NCBI GenBank assembly: GCA_049599475.1
Contig: JBMYOQ010000004.1
Location: 79,611-143,610 of the forward strand
DNA from: Opitutales bacterium
GTDB lineage: Bacteria > Verrucomicrobiota > Verrucomicrobiia > Opitutales > JABSRG01
DNA: 64,000 nt
Direction: 5' to 3'
Position numbers and translations under genes: made by a program. Below are positions 8,902 to 19,501 of this stretch, one piece after another (the stretch's first letter is position 1; the number at the start of each line of letters is the position of its first letter). A model generated the notes under the pieces. The model saw only the letters and a list, made by a program, of their open reading frames with translations. It was not told the DNA's origin and searched no databases.

Positions 8902-11577
8902 CTAGGCCGTAATTTCGAAATCCTGGAGAGTTTCCGCGACTTTGCCATTGTCCACGCCGCCACCCATGGCGAAATCAGGTTTGCCTCCGCCTTTGCCGTC
9001 GAAGGCTGGTGCGAGTTTACGAATGATGTCTCCTGCCTTGTATCCGGCAGCGATCGCTTCCTTTGAAGATAACGCAGCGATAGATACCTTGTTCTTGGAG
9101 GCAGTAGCGAGGACCACGAGTCCAGAGTCGAGTTTTCCAAGAACTTGTGCTCCGAGTGTGCGCAATTCCTTAGGGTTCTCAATGCTGACCGCCTTTTTCA
9201 CGAGCTGGATGCCTCCCATTTCTGCTGCACCAGCAGCTAGGGTATCCGCAAGAGCTGCAGCATCTTTTTGCTCGGCAGCTTTAAGCTTCTGCTCGGCAGC
9301 CTTCTTATCGCTCAATAGGCTTTCAATGCGGGTGATCAATTGGTCTGGACGGCAATTCAAGGCCGCGGATGCTCCAGAAAGGTGAGTGAGCTGATTGTCG
9401 ATCCAGGACTTCGCCGGAGCGCCTGCGACCGCCTCGATTCTCCGCACACCCGCAGCGATCGCCGATTCGCCGACGATTTTTATAGTTCCGATTTCACCCG
9501 CGCTGGATACGTGCGTGCCTCCACATAATTCCTTGGAAAAGCCTCCGATGTCTACCACGCGAACACGGTCGCCATACTTTTCTCCAAAGACAGCGACTAC
9601 GTCTTCTGGCTTATCCTCGATTGCGATCTCGGAGGTTTGAACCGGGCCATTTTCTAGGGTCCGGGCATTCACGAGATTTTCGATGGTCTCAATCTGGTCC
9701 GAAGTCAGAGCTTCGAAGTGTGCAAAATCAAAGCGGAGGCGTTCGGGAGTGACCAAAGAACCTGCTTGGCGCACGTGGGTGCCAAGCACTTCACGAAGGG
9801 CCCAATTTAAAATGTGAGTGGCGGAGTGGTGGCGCTCAATAGGAGTGCGACGCTCATTGTCTACGGTCAGAGTGACGGCGCATCCAGCCGAAGCCTCAAC
9901 AGACTCTTCGAGGAAATGTAAGAACCTGCCGTGTGCGTCCTTTTGCGTGTCGACTATTTTGAGTGGCTTGTCATCGATAATCGCGGTGCCGGTATCGCCG
10001 ACCTGGCCGCCCATTTCCGCATAAAAGGGTGTCTTCTCTACGATAATGGCGTGTTTGTCTTCTTCGACAGATACGACTTCCACTAGCGTGGTTTCAATTT
10101 CACTCAGCGAACCTTCGAAGCCTACGAATTCAGTCGCTGCAGCGTCGTCGTCTTCGGATCTTACGGTAATCGTGGTTTTCTTTTGAGCTGCTCTAGCGCG
10201 TTGGCGTTGAGCCTCCATGGCAACTTCGAAGCCTTCCGAATCGACTGTCCAGCCACGCTCGCGAGCGATCAACTCAGTCAAGTCAACCGGGAAGCCGTAG
10301 GTGTCGTATAAGGTGAAGGTCTCTTCTCCCGAGATGGTTTTGGACGCATCTTCTGTCTTCGAGAAAATGCCGTTTAGCAGCTGAAGGCCTCGGTCAATCG
10401 TCTTATCGAAGGCATTTTCTTCTGCAGTGATGACCTTTTTGATCACCTCGCGCTGCTTCTCAAGCTCGGGGAAGAAAGGGCCCATCTTATCCACCAATGG
10501 ATCTGCCAGCTTCGCAAAGAATCCAGCGGGTAAATCGAGCTTTTTCCCAAACATCACTGCACGGCGCAAGATGCGACGGAGGACGTAATTGCGGCCTTCA
10601 TTGCCTGGAAGAATGCCATCAGCGATTGAGAAGGAGAGGGTTCGGATATGGTCCGCAATCACGCGGAAGGCACAGTCCTTTTTCTCTTCAGTGGTTGGCT
10701 CTTCACCCACTTCCGGCAGTGTGCTGGTGTAACTCTCAGAGCAGAGCGCTGAGATCGATTTGAAAATGTCCTGAAACAGGTCGCTCTCGTAGTTGGAGGG
10801 CGGAGCCGAGAAATTGGTAAAGCCCTGGGTCGTGGCAATAATGCCTGCAACGCGCTCAAACCCCATGCCCGTATCGACGTGCTTCGAGGGGAGCGGGCTG
10901 AAGCTGCCGTCTTCTCCGGCATTGAATTGGATAAATACTAGATTCCAGATCTCGATGCACCAAGGAGAGTCCTCGTTTACGAGCGAGCCTTTCGTGTCTC
11001 CCTCAGGTGTTAGATCGATGTGTAACTCCGAACAAGGACCACAAGGTCCTGTGTCGCCCATCATCCAGAAATTGTCCTTCTTGTTTCCGTTGACGATGTG
11101 GACGTCAGGATCGAGGCCTGCCTTTTCGAAGATAGCCTTCCAATAGTCGTAGGCTTCTTGATCAAATTCGGATGGGTCACCAGGGCCCGGTTTGTAGACC
11201 GTGGCGTAAAGGCGCTCCTTGGGAAATTTCCAGACCTCAGTAATCAGTTCCCACGCCCAAGAAATCGCTTCTTGCTTAAAATAGTCGCCGAAAGACCAGT
11301 TCCCGAGCATTTCGAAGAAGGTCTGGTGATAGGCGTCGAAGCCGACATCTTCGAGATCGTTGTGCTTTCCCCCAGCTCGAATACATTTTTGTGTGTCTGC
11401 CGCGCGTGTGAATGCGGGAGTCCGTTCTCCGAGGAAATAGGGCACAAACTGGTTCATCCCCGCGTTCGTGAACAGGAGATTCGGCGCGTCGGGCATCAGA
11501 GAAGCTGATGGAACAACGCGGTGCTGTTTCGAAGCGAAGAAGTCGAGGAAGGATTGTCGGATCTCGGCGGACGTCAT
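8902..11577 (-). CDS. alaS: Alanine--tRNA ligase
   Basis: LLFTNAGMNQF, DTGMGFER, HSATH and ELCGGTH editing motifs, GKGGGKPDFAMGG C-terminus. Confidence 0.98.
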   Translation of the reverse strand: MTSAEIRQSFLDFFASKQHRVVPSASLMPDAPNLLFTNAGMNQFVPYFLGERTPAFTRAADTQKCIRAGGKHNDLEDVGFDAYHQTFFEMLGNWSFGDYFKQEAISWAWELITEVWKFPKERLYATVYKPGPGDPSEFDQEAYDYWKAIFEKAGLDPDVHIVNGNKKDNFWMMGDTGPCGPCSELHIDLTPEGDTKGSLVNEDSPWCIEIWNLVFIQFNAGEDGSFSPLPSKHVDTGMGFERVAGIIATTQGFTNFSAPPSNYESDLFQDIFKSISALCSESYTSTLPEVGEEPTTEEKKDCAFRVIADHIRTLSFSIADGILPGNEGRNYVLRRILRRAVMFGKKLDLPAGFFAKLADPLVDKMGPFFPELEKQREVIKKVITAEENAFDKTIDRGLQLLNGIFSKTEDASKTISGEETFTLYDTYGFPVDLTELIARERGWTVDSEGFEVAMEAQRQRARAAQKKTTITVRSEDDDAAATEFVGFEGSLSEIETTLVEVVSVEEDKHAIIVEKTPFYAEMGGQVGDTGTAIIDDKPLKIVDTQKDAHGRFLHFLEESVEASAGCAVTLTVDNERRTPIERHHSATHILNWALREVLGTHVRQAGSLVTPERLRFDFAHFEALTSDQIETIENLVNARTLENGPVQTSEIAIEDKPEDVVAVFGEKYGDRVRVVDIGGFSKELCGGTHVSSAGEIGTIKIVGESAIAAGVRRIEAVAGAPAKSWIDNQLTHLSGASAALNCRPDQLITRIESLLSDKKAAEQKLKAAEQKDAAALADTLAAGAAEMGGIQLVKKAVSIENPKELRTLGAQVLGKLDSGLVVLATASKNKVSIAALSSKEAIAAGYKAGDIIRKLAPAFDGKGGGKPDFAMGGGVDNGKVAETLQDFEITA

Positions 11578-11701
11578 GGCAAACCAGATAGAAACGCCCC
11601 GAATTGGCTAAAATTCAACGCTAAATCGCTGATCGTTACGGTATTCATTTAGGTCGAAAAAAGCCCTCGACCTCTAGGAGAAGTGTTTGAAGATACCCAG
11701 C

Positions 11702-12769
11702 ATGGATTTAAAGCGGACACCTCTCTATGCATTACACAAGGAACGTGGGGGACGCATGGTCCCGTTTGCCGGTTGGGAAATGCCGGTCCAATATACGAGT
11801 ATTTTGGAAGAACACAGCCGTGTCCGTTCAGAGGTAGGCCTATTCGATGTTAGTCACATGGGGCAATTTCACCTTACGGGTGAGGAATCTGCGGCCTTTC
11901 TAGACTACACGTGCAGCGCGAATATGAGTTCTGCCGAGATTGGTCAGGCAAAATACGCGATTCTTTGCAACGATGAGGGCGGGGCGGTTGATGATTTGAT
12001 CGTCTATCGCTTGGCCGAAGCGGAGTGGCTGTTGATCGTAAACGCTTCGAACATTGATAAAGATTTCGAGTGGCTGAGCAGCTTTGTCTCAAGGTATCGT
12101 GTGGAGCTCAAAAATGTCTCGGAAGACTGGGCTCTTGTGGCGGTTCAAGGCCCTAAGGCGATCGCGGCACTCGAAAAAGCAGGGTATTCGGTGCCTGAAA
12201 AGCGCTTCTTTCATGAGGAATGTGTTTGGGAGGGACACACCATACGCGTGTGTCGTACTGGATACACCGGAGAAGATGGAGTCGAATGTCTGGTGGCGGC
12301 GGATTCTGCGGAGACCTTTGCGAAAGTCTTCGAGGAATGTTTTGGGACGGGGGCCTGGTGCGGTCTGGGTGCCAGAGATTCTTTGCGCCTTGAAGCAGGA
12401 TTACCTCTTTACGGCCACGAGCTGACTGATGAACTCGGTCCTCTCGAAGCGCGCATGAAGTGGGCTGTTGACTTCGGTAAGCCCGATTTTGCCGGAAAAT
12501 CGGCGATGGAGGCGCGATTGGCGTCGACTGAGCGAAGAATCGTCCGTCTGTTCACGATGCAAGATCGTCGCATTGCGCGAGCCGGTACTTCGGTGGTCGA
12601 TGCTTCGGGGAATACGATTGGCGAAGTGCTTTCTGGCTCAATGTCGCCCGGTTTACAGCTCGGAATTGGTTCAGCGATCGTGCCCTTTGGCTGGAAAGGG
12701 GAGGCTTTCGTCGCAGTGCGCGGGAAGTCTTTACCGATCTCTTGGAAGAAGTCCCTGATCGCGAGTTAG
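11702..12769 (+). CDS. gcvT: Glycine cleavage system aminomethyltransferase T
   Basis: LKRTPL, FAGWEMPVQY, FDVSHMG, RTGYTGEDG, GLGARDSLRLEAGLPLYGHEL; start placed at ATG 11702. Confidence 0.96.
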   Translation: MDLKRTPLYALHKERGGRMVPFAGWEMPVQYTSILEEHSRVRSEVGLFDVSHMGQFHLTGEESAAFLDYTCSANMSSAEIGQAKYAILCNDEGGAVDDLIVYRLAEAEWLLIVNASNIDKDFEWLSSFVSRYRVELKNVSEDWALVAVQGPKAIAALEKAGYSVPEKRFFHEECVWEGHTIRVCRTGYTGEDGVECLVAADSAETFAKVFEECFGTGAWCGLGARDSLRLEAGLPLYGHELTDELGPLEARMKWAVDFGKPDFAGKSAMEARLASTERRIVRLFTMQDRRIARAGTSVVDASGNTIGEVLSGSMSPGLQLGIGSAIVPFGWKGEAFVAVRGKSLPISWKKSLIAS

Positions 12770-12952
12770 GCGTCCCTCTGGACCTTTGAAAATTCCGATG
12801 GCTGCCGATTCTGGAAACAGAATTGGTCATTCCGTTGCGTATTCTGCGGAAAATCGTTATCTCGAGCCCAATAATTGAAGGCAAGGGCTCAAGAATCGGG
12901 TTGGCTCAGCGATCTCTGTAGGGAGCCCTTTTTTAATAACTTATATATCGTT

Positions 12953-13939
12953 ATGCTTGCTGCCGCCAAAAACGAAAATCAAGGAATCCTTCTCACCTCT
13001 GGAACAAATGAAGTAGAGTTCATCGAGTTCTACATCGGCGAGGAGTGCTATGGGATAAATGTCTCGAAGGTTCAGCGAGTAATCGCACGCAAGAGTATCA
13101 AGATTACTCCGGCGGTCAAAGCGCCTGAGGGCGTGCTCGGCACGATCTACATTCAGGATCAAGCTGTCATGCTTCTCGATTTACGGACTTCGCTCAATTT
13201 AAAAGGCGAGGCCTCGGACCCCGAGCGCCAACTGATCCTGGTGACAAGCTTTAATCAGACAGTGACGGCGTTCATGATCGACAGCGTAAACAAGATCCAC
13301 CGAACCGCATGGACTGAGTTTGACGCGGTGCAGAACGATTTCGGAGGGGAAGCAGGTTATTCTACCGGCACGGTTCGCCTGGAAGATCGAGTCGTAACCA
13401 TTCTAGACCTCGAGCGCTTGCTTTTGGATTATCAGCCACAACGTGATGAGAATCAGGCGATATCTCACCCAGAGAGGACCCAAGAACGCGGGCGGGTTAA
13501 AATCATTTATGCGGAAGATTCGAAAATGATCCGCAATGTTACCACGAAAACGCTCGCGAAGGCTGGGTATGGCCAAGTCGTATCATTCGACAATGGTCGT
13601 GATTGCCTCGATTACCTAGAGCATGCGTGGGAAGAATGTGATACCTCAGGAGATTCATTTAAGGACTTTGCTGATATTATTCTGACTGACATCGAAATGC
13701 CTAAAATGGACGGTCTTACTTTGTGTAAGCAGATAAAGGAGAATCCTCATTGTCGCGGTAAGACCCCGGTGGTCGTCTATTCGTCTTTGATTAGTAAGGA
13801 AATGGCGTCGAAATGTGAACTTGTTGGCGCTGACAAGTGGATCGCGAAGCCTCGAGGTGATGAAATTATCGGAGTCATCGACGAGTTGGTGCTTAAGGTC
13901 GCAGACCACGGTAAGGGCCATAAGATCGTCTCGGGCTAA
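12953..13939 (+). CDS. cheV: Chemotaxis coupling protein CheV (CheW + receiver)
   Basis: ILL.SGTNE.E..EF, YGINVSKV CheW domain; receiver AEDS...TDIEMPKMDG...VYSSL; start placed at ATG 12953. Confidence 0.9.
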   Translation: MLAAAKNENQGILLTSGTNEVEFIEFYIGEECYGINVSKVQRVIARKSIKITPAVKAPEGVLGTIYIQDQAVMLLDLRTSLNLKGEASDPERQLILVTSFNQTVTAFMIDSVNKIHRTAWTEFDAVQNDFGGEAGYSTGTVRLEDRVVTILDLERLLLDYQPQRDENQAISHPERTQERGRVKIIYAEDSKMIRNVTTKTLAKAGYGQVVSFDNGRDCLDYLEHAWEECDTSGDSFKDFADIILTDIEMPKMDGLTLCKQIKENPHCRGKTPVVVYSSLISKEMASKCELVGADKWIAKPRGDEIIGVIDELVLKVADHGKGHKIVSG

Positions 13940-14613
13940 AAGCCGCGATCGATTACGGTCTTCTTCGTTGCTAGATCCATCTTATGGACCTTCACTGTTG
14001 CGGGGCAATGGTCAAGCTGTGTCATTATATGGAAGCTGGAAAGGCTACCGAACGACCACAGAAATAGCCGAAAAATTCTCCTTTATTTCCGAGAATCTTA
14101 TCTCTGCGAGCCTTGAGTTATAGGTCTTCTTCAAAGCATCCAGCTTGTGCCACTCGGTGCTAGTTTGTTTACCAACACTATGTAGCTAAATGGAATCGGT
14201 GGTATAAAACCTAACCATCGCAACGCCACTACGCTCTAGCGCCAACACTTCAGTCTGCTTGAAAATTTGAGAGCATGCGAGTGAGGTGATAGCAGTTTGT
14301 TACCCGCTTTAGGTCTTCCTAGATAAAGTGAACATTCGTTTAAATTGAACGTAACCTCGAAAGCTCAAAACCTGCGCACCGCGACAAAAATCCTCTAACC
14401 AGTGCCTCGTCTGATTGAAAAATGTGTCGGCTTCAGTTTTGGGAGAGTGGAGCGCTCGGAACATTAACCATCATTCCTCAAAGGTTCGTGCTTCTCGAGT
14501 CTATAAGAATATTGTTTTAATGTATTGGGTCTGTTTATTTAGAAAATGTCAGGAAAATTAAGGGTTTTGTAAAGTCGTTGTGAAAAGGCTTGCTAAAGCG
14601 CCGTGTAACAAGC

Positions 14614-14814
14614 ATGGAACGGCCTTATATGAAAATGTTTGCCGCTCTAATATCGTCGTTTCTTGTATTTACGCCAACGTGTCTCACTGCAAGTGAGCCC
14701 TCGAATGGGACTTTGATCATGTTGGGATCTTTGAGTGGTTGGATGGTTCTCTCCACAGCTTTTGTCCTCAAAAAGAAGTCTGCTCTTCAGGTTGGCAAGG
14801 GAGAGAAACAGTAA
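14614..14814 (+). CDS. Small protein: signal peptide directly followed by PEP-CTERM-like segment
   Basis: MKMFAALISSFLVFTPTCLTA then SEPS, hydrophobic helix, KKK; ends 22 bp before the next gene. Confidence 0.55.
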   Translation: MERPYMKMFAALISSFLVFTPTCLTASEPSNGTLIMLGSLSGWMVLSTAFVLKKKSALQVGKGEKQ

Positions 14815-14836
14815 TTCATATCTGAAAGGATTCTAG

Positions 14837-17800
14837 ATGTACATTTTAGGTAGTGGACTCTCCTGGTCTAGAGGTTATGTCCATGGGACTCTTTTGATTC
14901 TTTGTTCTCTGGTTAATGCATCTGAAGCGGGTGTCGGATTACCGTATGAGAACGATTTCGAAAATTCCGATGGGGTTGGGATCGGACTAGTCTCCGAACT
15001 ATTGAATTGGTCGAAGACCGAAGGGCTTTCTGTTTCCGCAACTGACGACGCTGCATCCGGAGTTCAGGCGCTTGAACTATCATATGGTGGTGACTTTGGG
15101 CTCGAAATTCTGCCCTATCCCGAGCTAGATACTGTAGGCTGGGTCGATTTTTACCTTAAGCCCTCTGTAATAAATCAAGATGAGTTCCCCTCTTGGATTC
15201 CTCCCTATAAATCGGCGGTTACAGGCTTTGGTGAAATGGAAGGCCAGGGTGAGGTTTATGCTATCGACGGCGATGGGTTTGGAAGCGGGAAATGGCTCCC
15301 GTCTGGGGCATCCTTTGACATAGAGAGTAAGCAGGCAAAAGAATGGATGCGGTTGACCTACAGGCTCGATTTCGCGAGGAAGTCTTGGGATCTGTTTGTT
15401 GATGGTCAGTTTATTTACGCAGGTCTTGGGTTTCTAGACGATACAGTAAGCTCATTGGGGAGTTTTACGTTAAGATCTGGGATCGAAGATTCTACGAATT
15501 TTGATTTCTTCTATGCTGGATTCGAAAACCCAATATATCTGGATAGTTCAAACGATGGATTACCAGACGCCTGGCTTGAGGCCCAGGGATTGAGCGTTTC
15601 TGAAAGTCAACGTTATAGCGATTTAGATTTCGATGGTTTGGATGCTGCAGCGGAATATATAAATCAAACATTTGTCCATAATCCGGACTCTGATGGAGAT
15701 GGTGTCTCCGATGGAATGGAGGTTTCTTACAATAACGACCCATCCGTTGCTGATAGTTATATTTTAGGTGTCTTACCGTTTAGTGAAGATTTTGAGTCTT
15801 ATTTTGAGGGGAGTTTTTTCGATACGGAGAACTGGATTGTTACAGGGGGCGCCAATGTCTCTTCCAAATCACATTCTGGATCTCTCGCTCTCGATGTTGA
15901 ACCGATTTCCTCCGTCAAGAGTTGGATTGCGGGATCTTCTTATGGAATCGTTTGGGTTGATGTCTGGATCGAAAATCAAAGTGAATTACAGCCATCCGTA
16001 TCGTTAGATCAAAGTGTCGTTTACAGCTTTGACTTGGAGAATCGCCTGAGGGTTCGGGCTTCAAATAATCAATGGACCCAGGCTGATGTCTCGTCCCGGG
16101 TAGGATGGCGACGATACACCGTAAAGAATGACTACTCTTTGCAGTCGTCTGATATATACGTTGATGGCCTAAGGGTTCTGAGAGAAATCCCGTTTTCGGC
16201 TCCCTCTCCATTTTTGAATCAAGTTGAATTTCTAGGGCCGATAGCAATTGATGAATACTCTGTTCTGGGGACCAAGCCGGTAGGTTTGGATGACGACGCT
16301 GATGGCTTGGACAATGAATCCGAAATTTTACAGGGCACAGATCCGGAACTGTTCGATTCGGATAATGATGGAATGGGTGATCTGTCTGAAATTGTTCATG
16401 GCTTCGATCCATTAGCTGCTAACTCAGAGTTCTCATCATTTCAGGCTAGCTCCGAGAACCCGTTTTGGGTTTCTCAATTTTCTGTATTGGAGGGATTCCA
16501 AGCGGGAGACCTTGCTGGGCAAATGAATTGGTTGAGCTCCGGTGCCGCGTCGGTTTCCACTGAAGAAATGCTTGAAATAACAGACTCTATTGAGGGTCTA
16601 GTGCAGGTGTCCCACGGGTTTGGAATCGAAGAAATTAAAAGAGTCTGGGTCGCTTTTGATGCGGAAATGATTCCAGGATCTCTTCCTGAAACCCCAGATT
16701 CTGCTTTTGCATTCGCGATGGCGATGCGAAGTGTGGATTCTGTTTCGATTTGGAATGCTCAGGAGAATATGTGGAAGAATTACTATTCGGATCACCTTCG
16801 GGAAGGAATGAATACCTACGCATTTCATTTAGACTTCATTGAGAAAGCCTCGAGTGTGTATGCGAATGGAGTCCTTCTTGCCGATAACATTCCATTTTTA
16901 AACTCTCAGTTGGAGGCGTTCTCGAGACTTATGATTAGACAGGAACCCGCCGCCGACCGGGATCCTGGTGAGCCGTCTGAAATGGCATTGTTCGACAATT
17001 TTTATGTGTCGGCCGCCGAGCCAGCTGATATGGATTTTGATGGCGATGGTTTAGTGAACGAAATAGAGCGCCAGGAGGGAACGGACCTATATTCTGTAGA
17101 CTCGGACGGTGACGGTCTGGATGATCTATGGGAATATCAGAATGGCTTGGATGCCAGTGACCCTGAGGATGTTTATTCAGATTCAGATGGAGACTTTATT
17201 CCTGCTATTTATGAAATGAAGTATGGTTTGGATCCTAATTTTAAGGATTCGCATCCTATTTCAGGTATTGTAATGATGGACCAGTGGTGGGGGGCCAAAA
17301 GCAAGATCTCAAGTCTTACTGCAAAGAGCACCTTTCCTCTTAGTCCCGATAGGCGATTGGTGAATGATTCTCTGAACCTCGATGGAATTGCGTCTAACCT
17401 CATATTGGGCACATCTCTGCGTGTTAGAGGATATTTGAGCCCTCTTGAGACCGGGGATCATGAATTCTGGATCAAAGGCGAGAATCAAGCTCAACTATGG
17501 TTGAGTGACGATGATTCGCCTTTTGAGATGAGAAATGTGGCGCAGATCATGACGCAGAAGTATCGAGCTGAGGGATACGATGTTTACGCAGAGCAGAAGT
17601 CTCAGCCTATATACTTAGAAGCGGGGAAGCATTACTATTTTGAAGTCTTACAATCATCTACATCGAGTGAAGGGAACTTCTCTGTTTCTTGGAAATATGG
17701 TGCGGGTCCACGAGCTGAAATTCCATCATCAGCTCTTTCTTCAGCTGGACCATTTGCGGAGGAAGATAGTAACGACAATGGTTTGAAAGATTCGTGGGAA

Positions 17801-19495
17801 TCTAACTATCCCGCGATATCTCTTGATGGCTATTGGTCTGATTCAGATGCCGATGGCCTTTTAGACATACTGGAATATCAGATAGGAACCTCTCCTGTTT
17901 TATTTGATTCGGACGGTGATGGTTTCAGCGATTATGTAGAATATACTTATTTGATGAGTGATCCATCCACGGGAGATGTTATTTTGGATGCTGACAATCA
18001 TGTAGTAATCATTCCTTCGAACTATATATCCTCGTCTGCCGATTGGCTACCCTCCGGAGATGAAGTCTACTCGACTAATTCCACCGGATCGCTCGGGTAT
18101 GAGCTGAACTTGCTCTCAGATGGTGTATATTATCTAGAGATTGAAATTGCTGAGCAATCCAACGTCAAAACAACATCTTCGGAATTTGAAGTGAGAGCCA
18201 GTCTGAACGGAGTCTCCTATGGTATCGACAAATCTAGAGTCCCAGCTGGAGATGTTGGTAAGCTCGAATTCTATCTTCCTTACTTATCATTAGGGGCCTA
18301 TACTCTTGATCTTGACTGGATTAACGGGTTCTCTGGATCTCAGATCCGCATAAAGGCTATTCATTTGTATCGACTTACGGGAGAAGACGATGACGCATCA
18401 GGTGTCGCTGATTGGGTTGAGAGTCGTGCGCTAACCTTCTCTTCTGCTCCGATCGACGCGACTGTTTATACCTCACCGTTTCCAGTCGAAGGGGAGAGTT
18501 TCTCTCCTGAGCTAGTCGCAGTTTCCAGTTTTGTGGAGTCTGCCCCAGGCATTATCACCGCGGCGGAAACAAAGTTAGCCTTGTCGGGTGAGTATTTCGC
18601 TGAGGTATTGCTAAGCCCCGAGGAGCCCACGGTTGTAAATGTCATTGATGGAATAGCGAGTGTCTCCAGCCAGTTGCAGCTAACGTGGGCTGTATTTAAT
18701 GTATTTGAGAATGCATCAATCGATGTTCGACTTAATGACTCGCTCCTCCTCGGCTTGTTTGATCCGGAGAAATCCGAACAATCTAATTACGAGCTTACAC
18801 TATTCGCTCCTGATGGTTCCAGCGAGATGTATTCTATTTTTGGGAGCAACAATCTTCAGGTTTTATTTGATCAACCGGGTGATTGGGTAATTACCGGAAC
18901 AATTGACCAAGGAGAGGGGGTCGACCCACTCGTCTTTACGTCCAATATACGGGTTATGGAGGCAGACCTCAGCCCTACTCCTATCATTGTCGATAATGTT
19001 CAGAGAGACTGGCAGCCTAATGTATCAGCGCCAGATATCGAGTTGTCTTCAGATGCTGGAGTGATGCTTTATGAGCCGGATATCGGTTCTATGCCGCGCT
19101 CATTCAGGCTATCTAGTGGTGTGAATCGTGGCCGTATTTTGGCGAGACTTCCGAATGAGGGCCCGATCATATCGTCCACCGGGACGACAGTGATTCGAGA
19201 CTACACCCGTACGCAGACGCATGATACAATCGTAGAGACATTTGAAGATGGTACCGTTATGGTCAGCGCCTACATCATCCTTAATGAAGTTCCCGAAGAT
19301 CTCTCTTTGGAGATTACAATCTTTAAATCGGGGGTTACTTTCGATGATGGCACTATCACTCGGACCGTAACGGCTGAAGATTTTGATGAATCAGGAAGAT
19401 ACCGGTTCTACATGTTGCGTTCACCGAGTGTTAAAGGCGGAAATTGCCATCGGTATTTCTATTTTCAGGACGACACCCAAATTTCAACTTGGTAG
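14837..19495 (+). CDS. Large secreted protein: three lectin/LamG-like modules, thrombospondin type-3-like Ca-binding repeats, PA14 domain
   Basis: Signal-like N-terminus (…CSLVNASEA); many DxDxDG repeats; PA14 motif RVRGYLSP.ETGDHEFW…AQLWLS…I.LEAGKHYYFEV; highly acidic. Confidence 0.8.
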   Translation: MYILGSGLSWSRGYVHGTLLILCSLVNASEAGVGLPYENDFENSDGVGIGLVSELLNWSKTEGLSVSATDDAASGVQALELSYGGDFGLEILPYPELDTVGWVDFYLKPSVINQDEFPSWIPPYKSAVTGFGEMEGQGEVYAIDGDGFGSGKWLPSGASFDIESKQAKEWMRLTYRLDFARKSWDLFVDGQFIYAGLGFLDDTVSSLGSFTLRSGIEDSTNFDFFYAGFENPIYLDSSNDGLPDAWLEAQGLSVSESQRYSDLDFDGLDAAAEYINQTFVHNPDSDGDGVSDGMEVSYNNDPSVADSYILGVLPFSEDFESYFEGSFFDTENWIVTGGANVSSKSHSGSLALDVEPISSVKSWIAGSSYGIVWVDVWIENQSELQPSVSLDQSVVYSFDLENRLRVRASNNQWTQADVSSRVGWRRYTVKNDYSLQSSDIYVDGLRVLREIPFSAPSPFLNQVEFLGPIAIDEYSVLGTKPVGLDDDADGLDNESEILQGTDPELFDSDNDGMGDLSEIVHGFDPLAANSEFSSFQASSENPFWVSQFSVLEGFQAGDLAGQMNWLSSGAASVSTEEMLEITDSIEGLVQVSHGFGIEEIKRVWVAFDAEMIPGSLPETPDSAFAFAMAMRSVDSVSIWNAQENMWKNYYSDHLREGMNTYAFHLDFIEKASSVYANGVLLADNIPFLNSQLEAFSRLMIRQEPAADRDPGEPSEMALFDNFYVSAAEPADMDFDGDGLVNEIERQEGTDLYSVDSDGDGLDDLWEYQNGLDASDPEDVYSDSDGDFIPAIYEMKYGLDPNFKDSHPISGIVMMDQWWGAKSKISSLTAKSTFPLSPDRRLVNDSLNLDGIASNLILGTSLRVRGYLSPLETGDHEFWIKGENQAQLWLSDDDSPFEMRNVAQIMTQKYRAEGYDVYAEQKSQPIYLEAGKHYYFEVLQSSTSSEGNFSVSWKYGAGPRAEIPSSALSSAGPFAEEDSNDNGLKDSWESNYPAISLDGYWSDSDADGLLDILEYQIGTSPVLFDSDGDGFSDYVEYTYLMSDPSTGDVILDADNHVVIIPSNYISSSADWLPSGDEVYSTNSTGSLGYELNLLSDGVYYLEIEIAEQSNVKTTSSEFEVRASLNGVSYGIDKSRVPAGDVGKLEFYLPYLSLGAYTLDLDWINGFSGSQIRIKAIHLYRLTGEDDDASGVADWVESRALTFSSAPIDATVYTSPFPVEGESFSPELVAVSSFVESAPGIITAAETKLALSGEYFAEVLLSPEEPTVVNVIDGIASVSSQLQLTWAVFNVFENASIDVRLNDSLLLGLFDPEKSEQSNYELTLFAPDGSSEMYSIFGSNNLQVLFDQPGDWVITGTIDQGEGVDPLVFTSNIRVMEADLSPTPIIVDNVQRDWQPNVSAPDIELSSDAGVMLYEPDIGSMPRSFRLSSGVNRGRILARLPNEGPIISSTGTTVIRDYTRTQTHDTIVETFEDGTVMVSAYIILNEVPEDLSLEITIFKSGVTFDDGTITRTVTAEDFDESGRYRFYMLRSPSVKGGNCHRYFYFQDDTQISTW

Positions 19496-19501
19496 ATCGA
19501 A

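Noticed and set aside
5678..11577. Many 60-150 aa antisense or alternative-frame ORFs within glnD and alaS (and other housekeeping genes)
   Set aside because: Shadow ORFs of strongly supported genes with no independent motifs.
12770..12950. c-di-GMP-I or glycine riboswitch
   Set aside because: A GAAA hairpin is present but the GGCAAA/GACGCAAA junctions are absent; the region lies downstream of gcvT, not upstream.
13940..14600. Long intergenic region before the toxin operon as a riboswitch or pseudogene
   Set aside because: Only short, unrecognisable ORF fragments and no RNA motif identifiable by eye; likely promoter region or island boundary.
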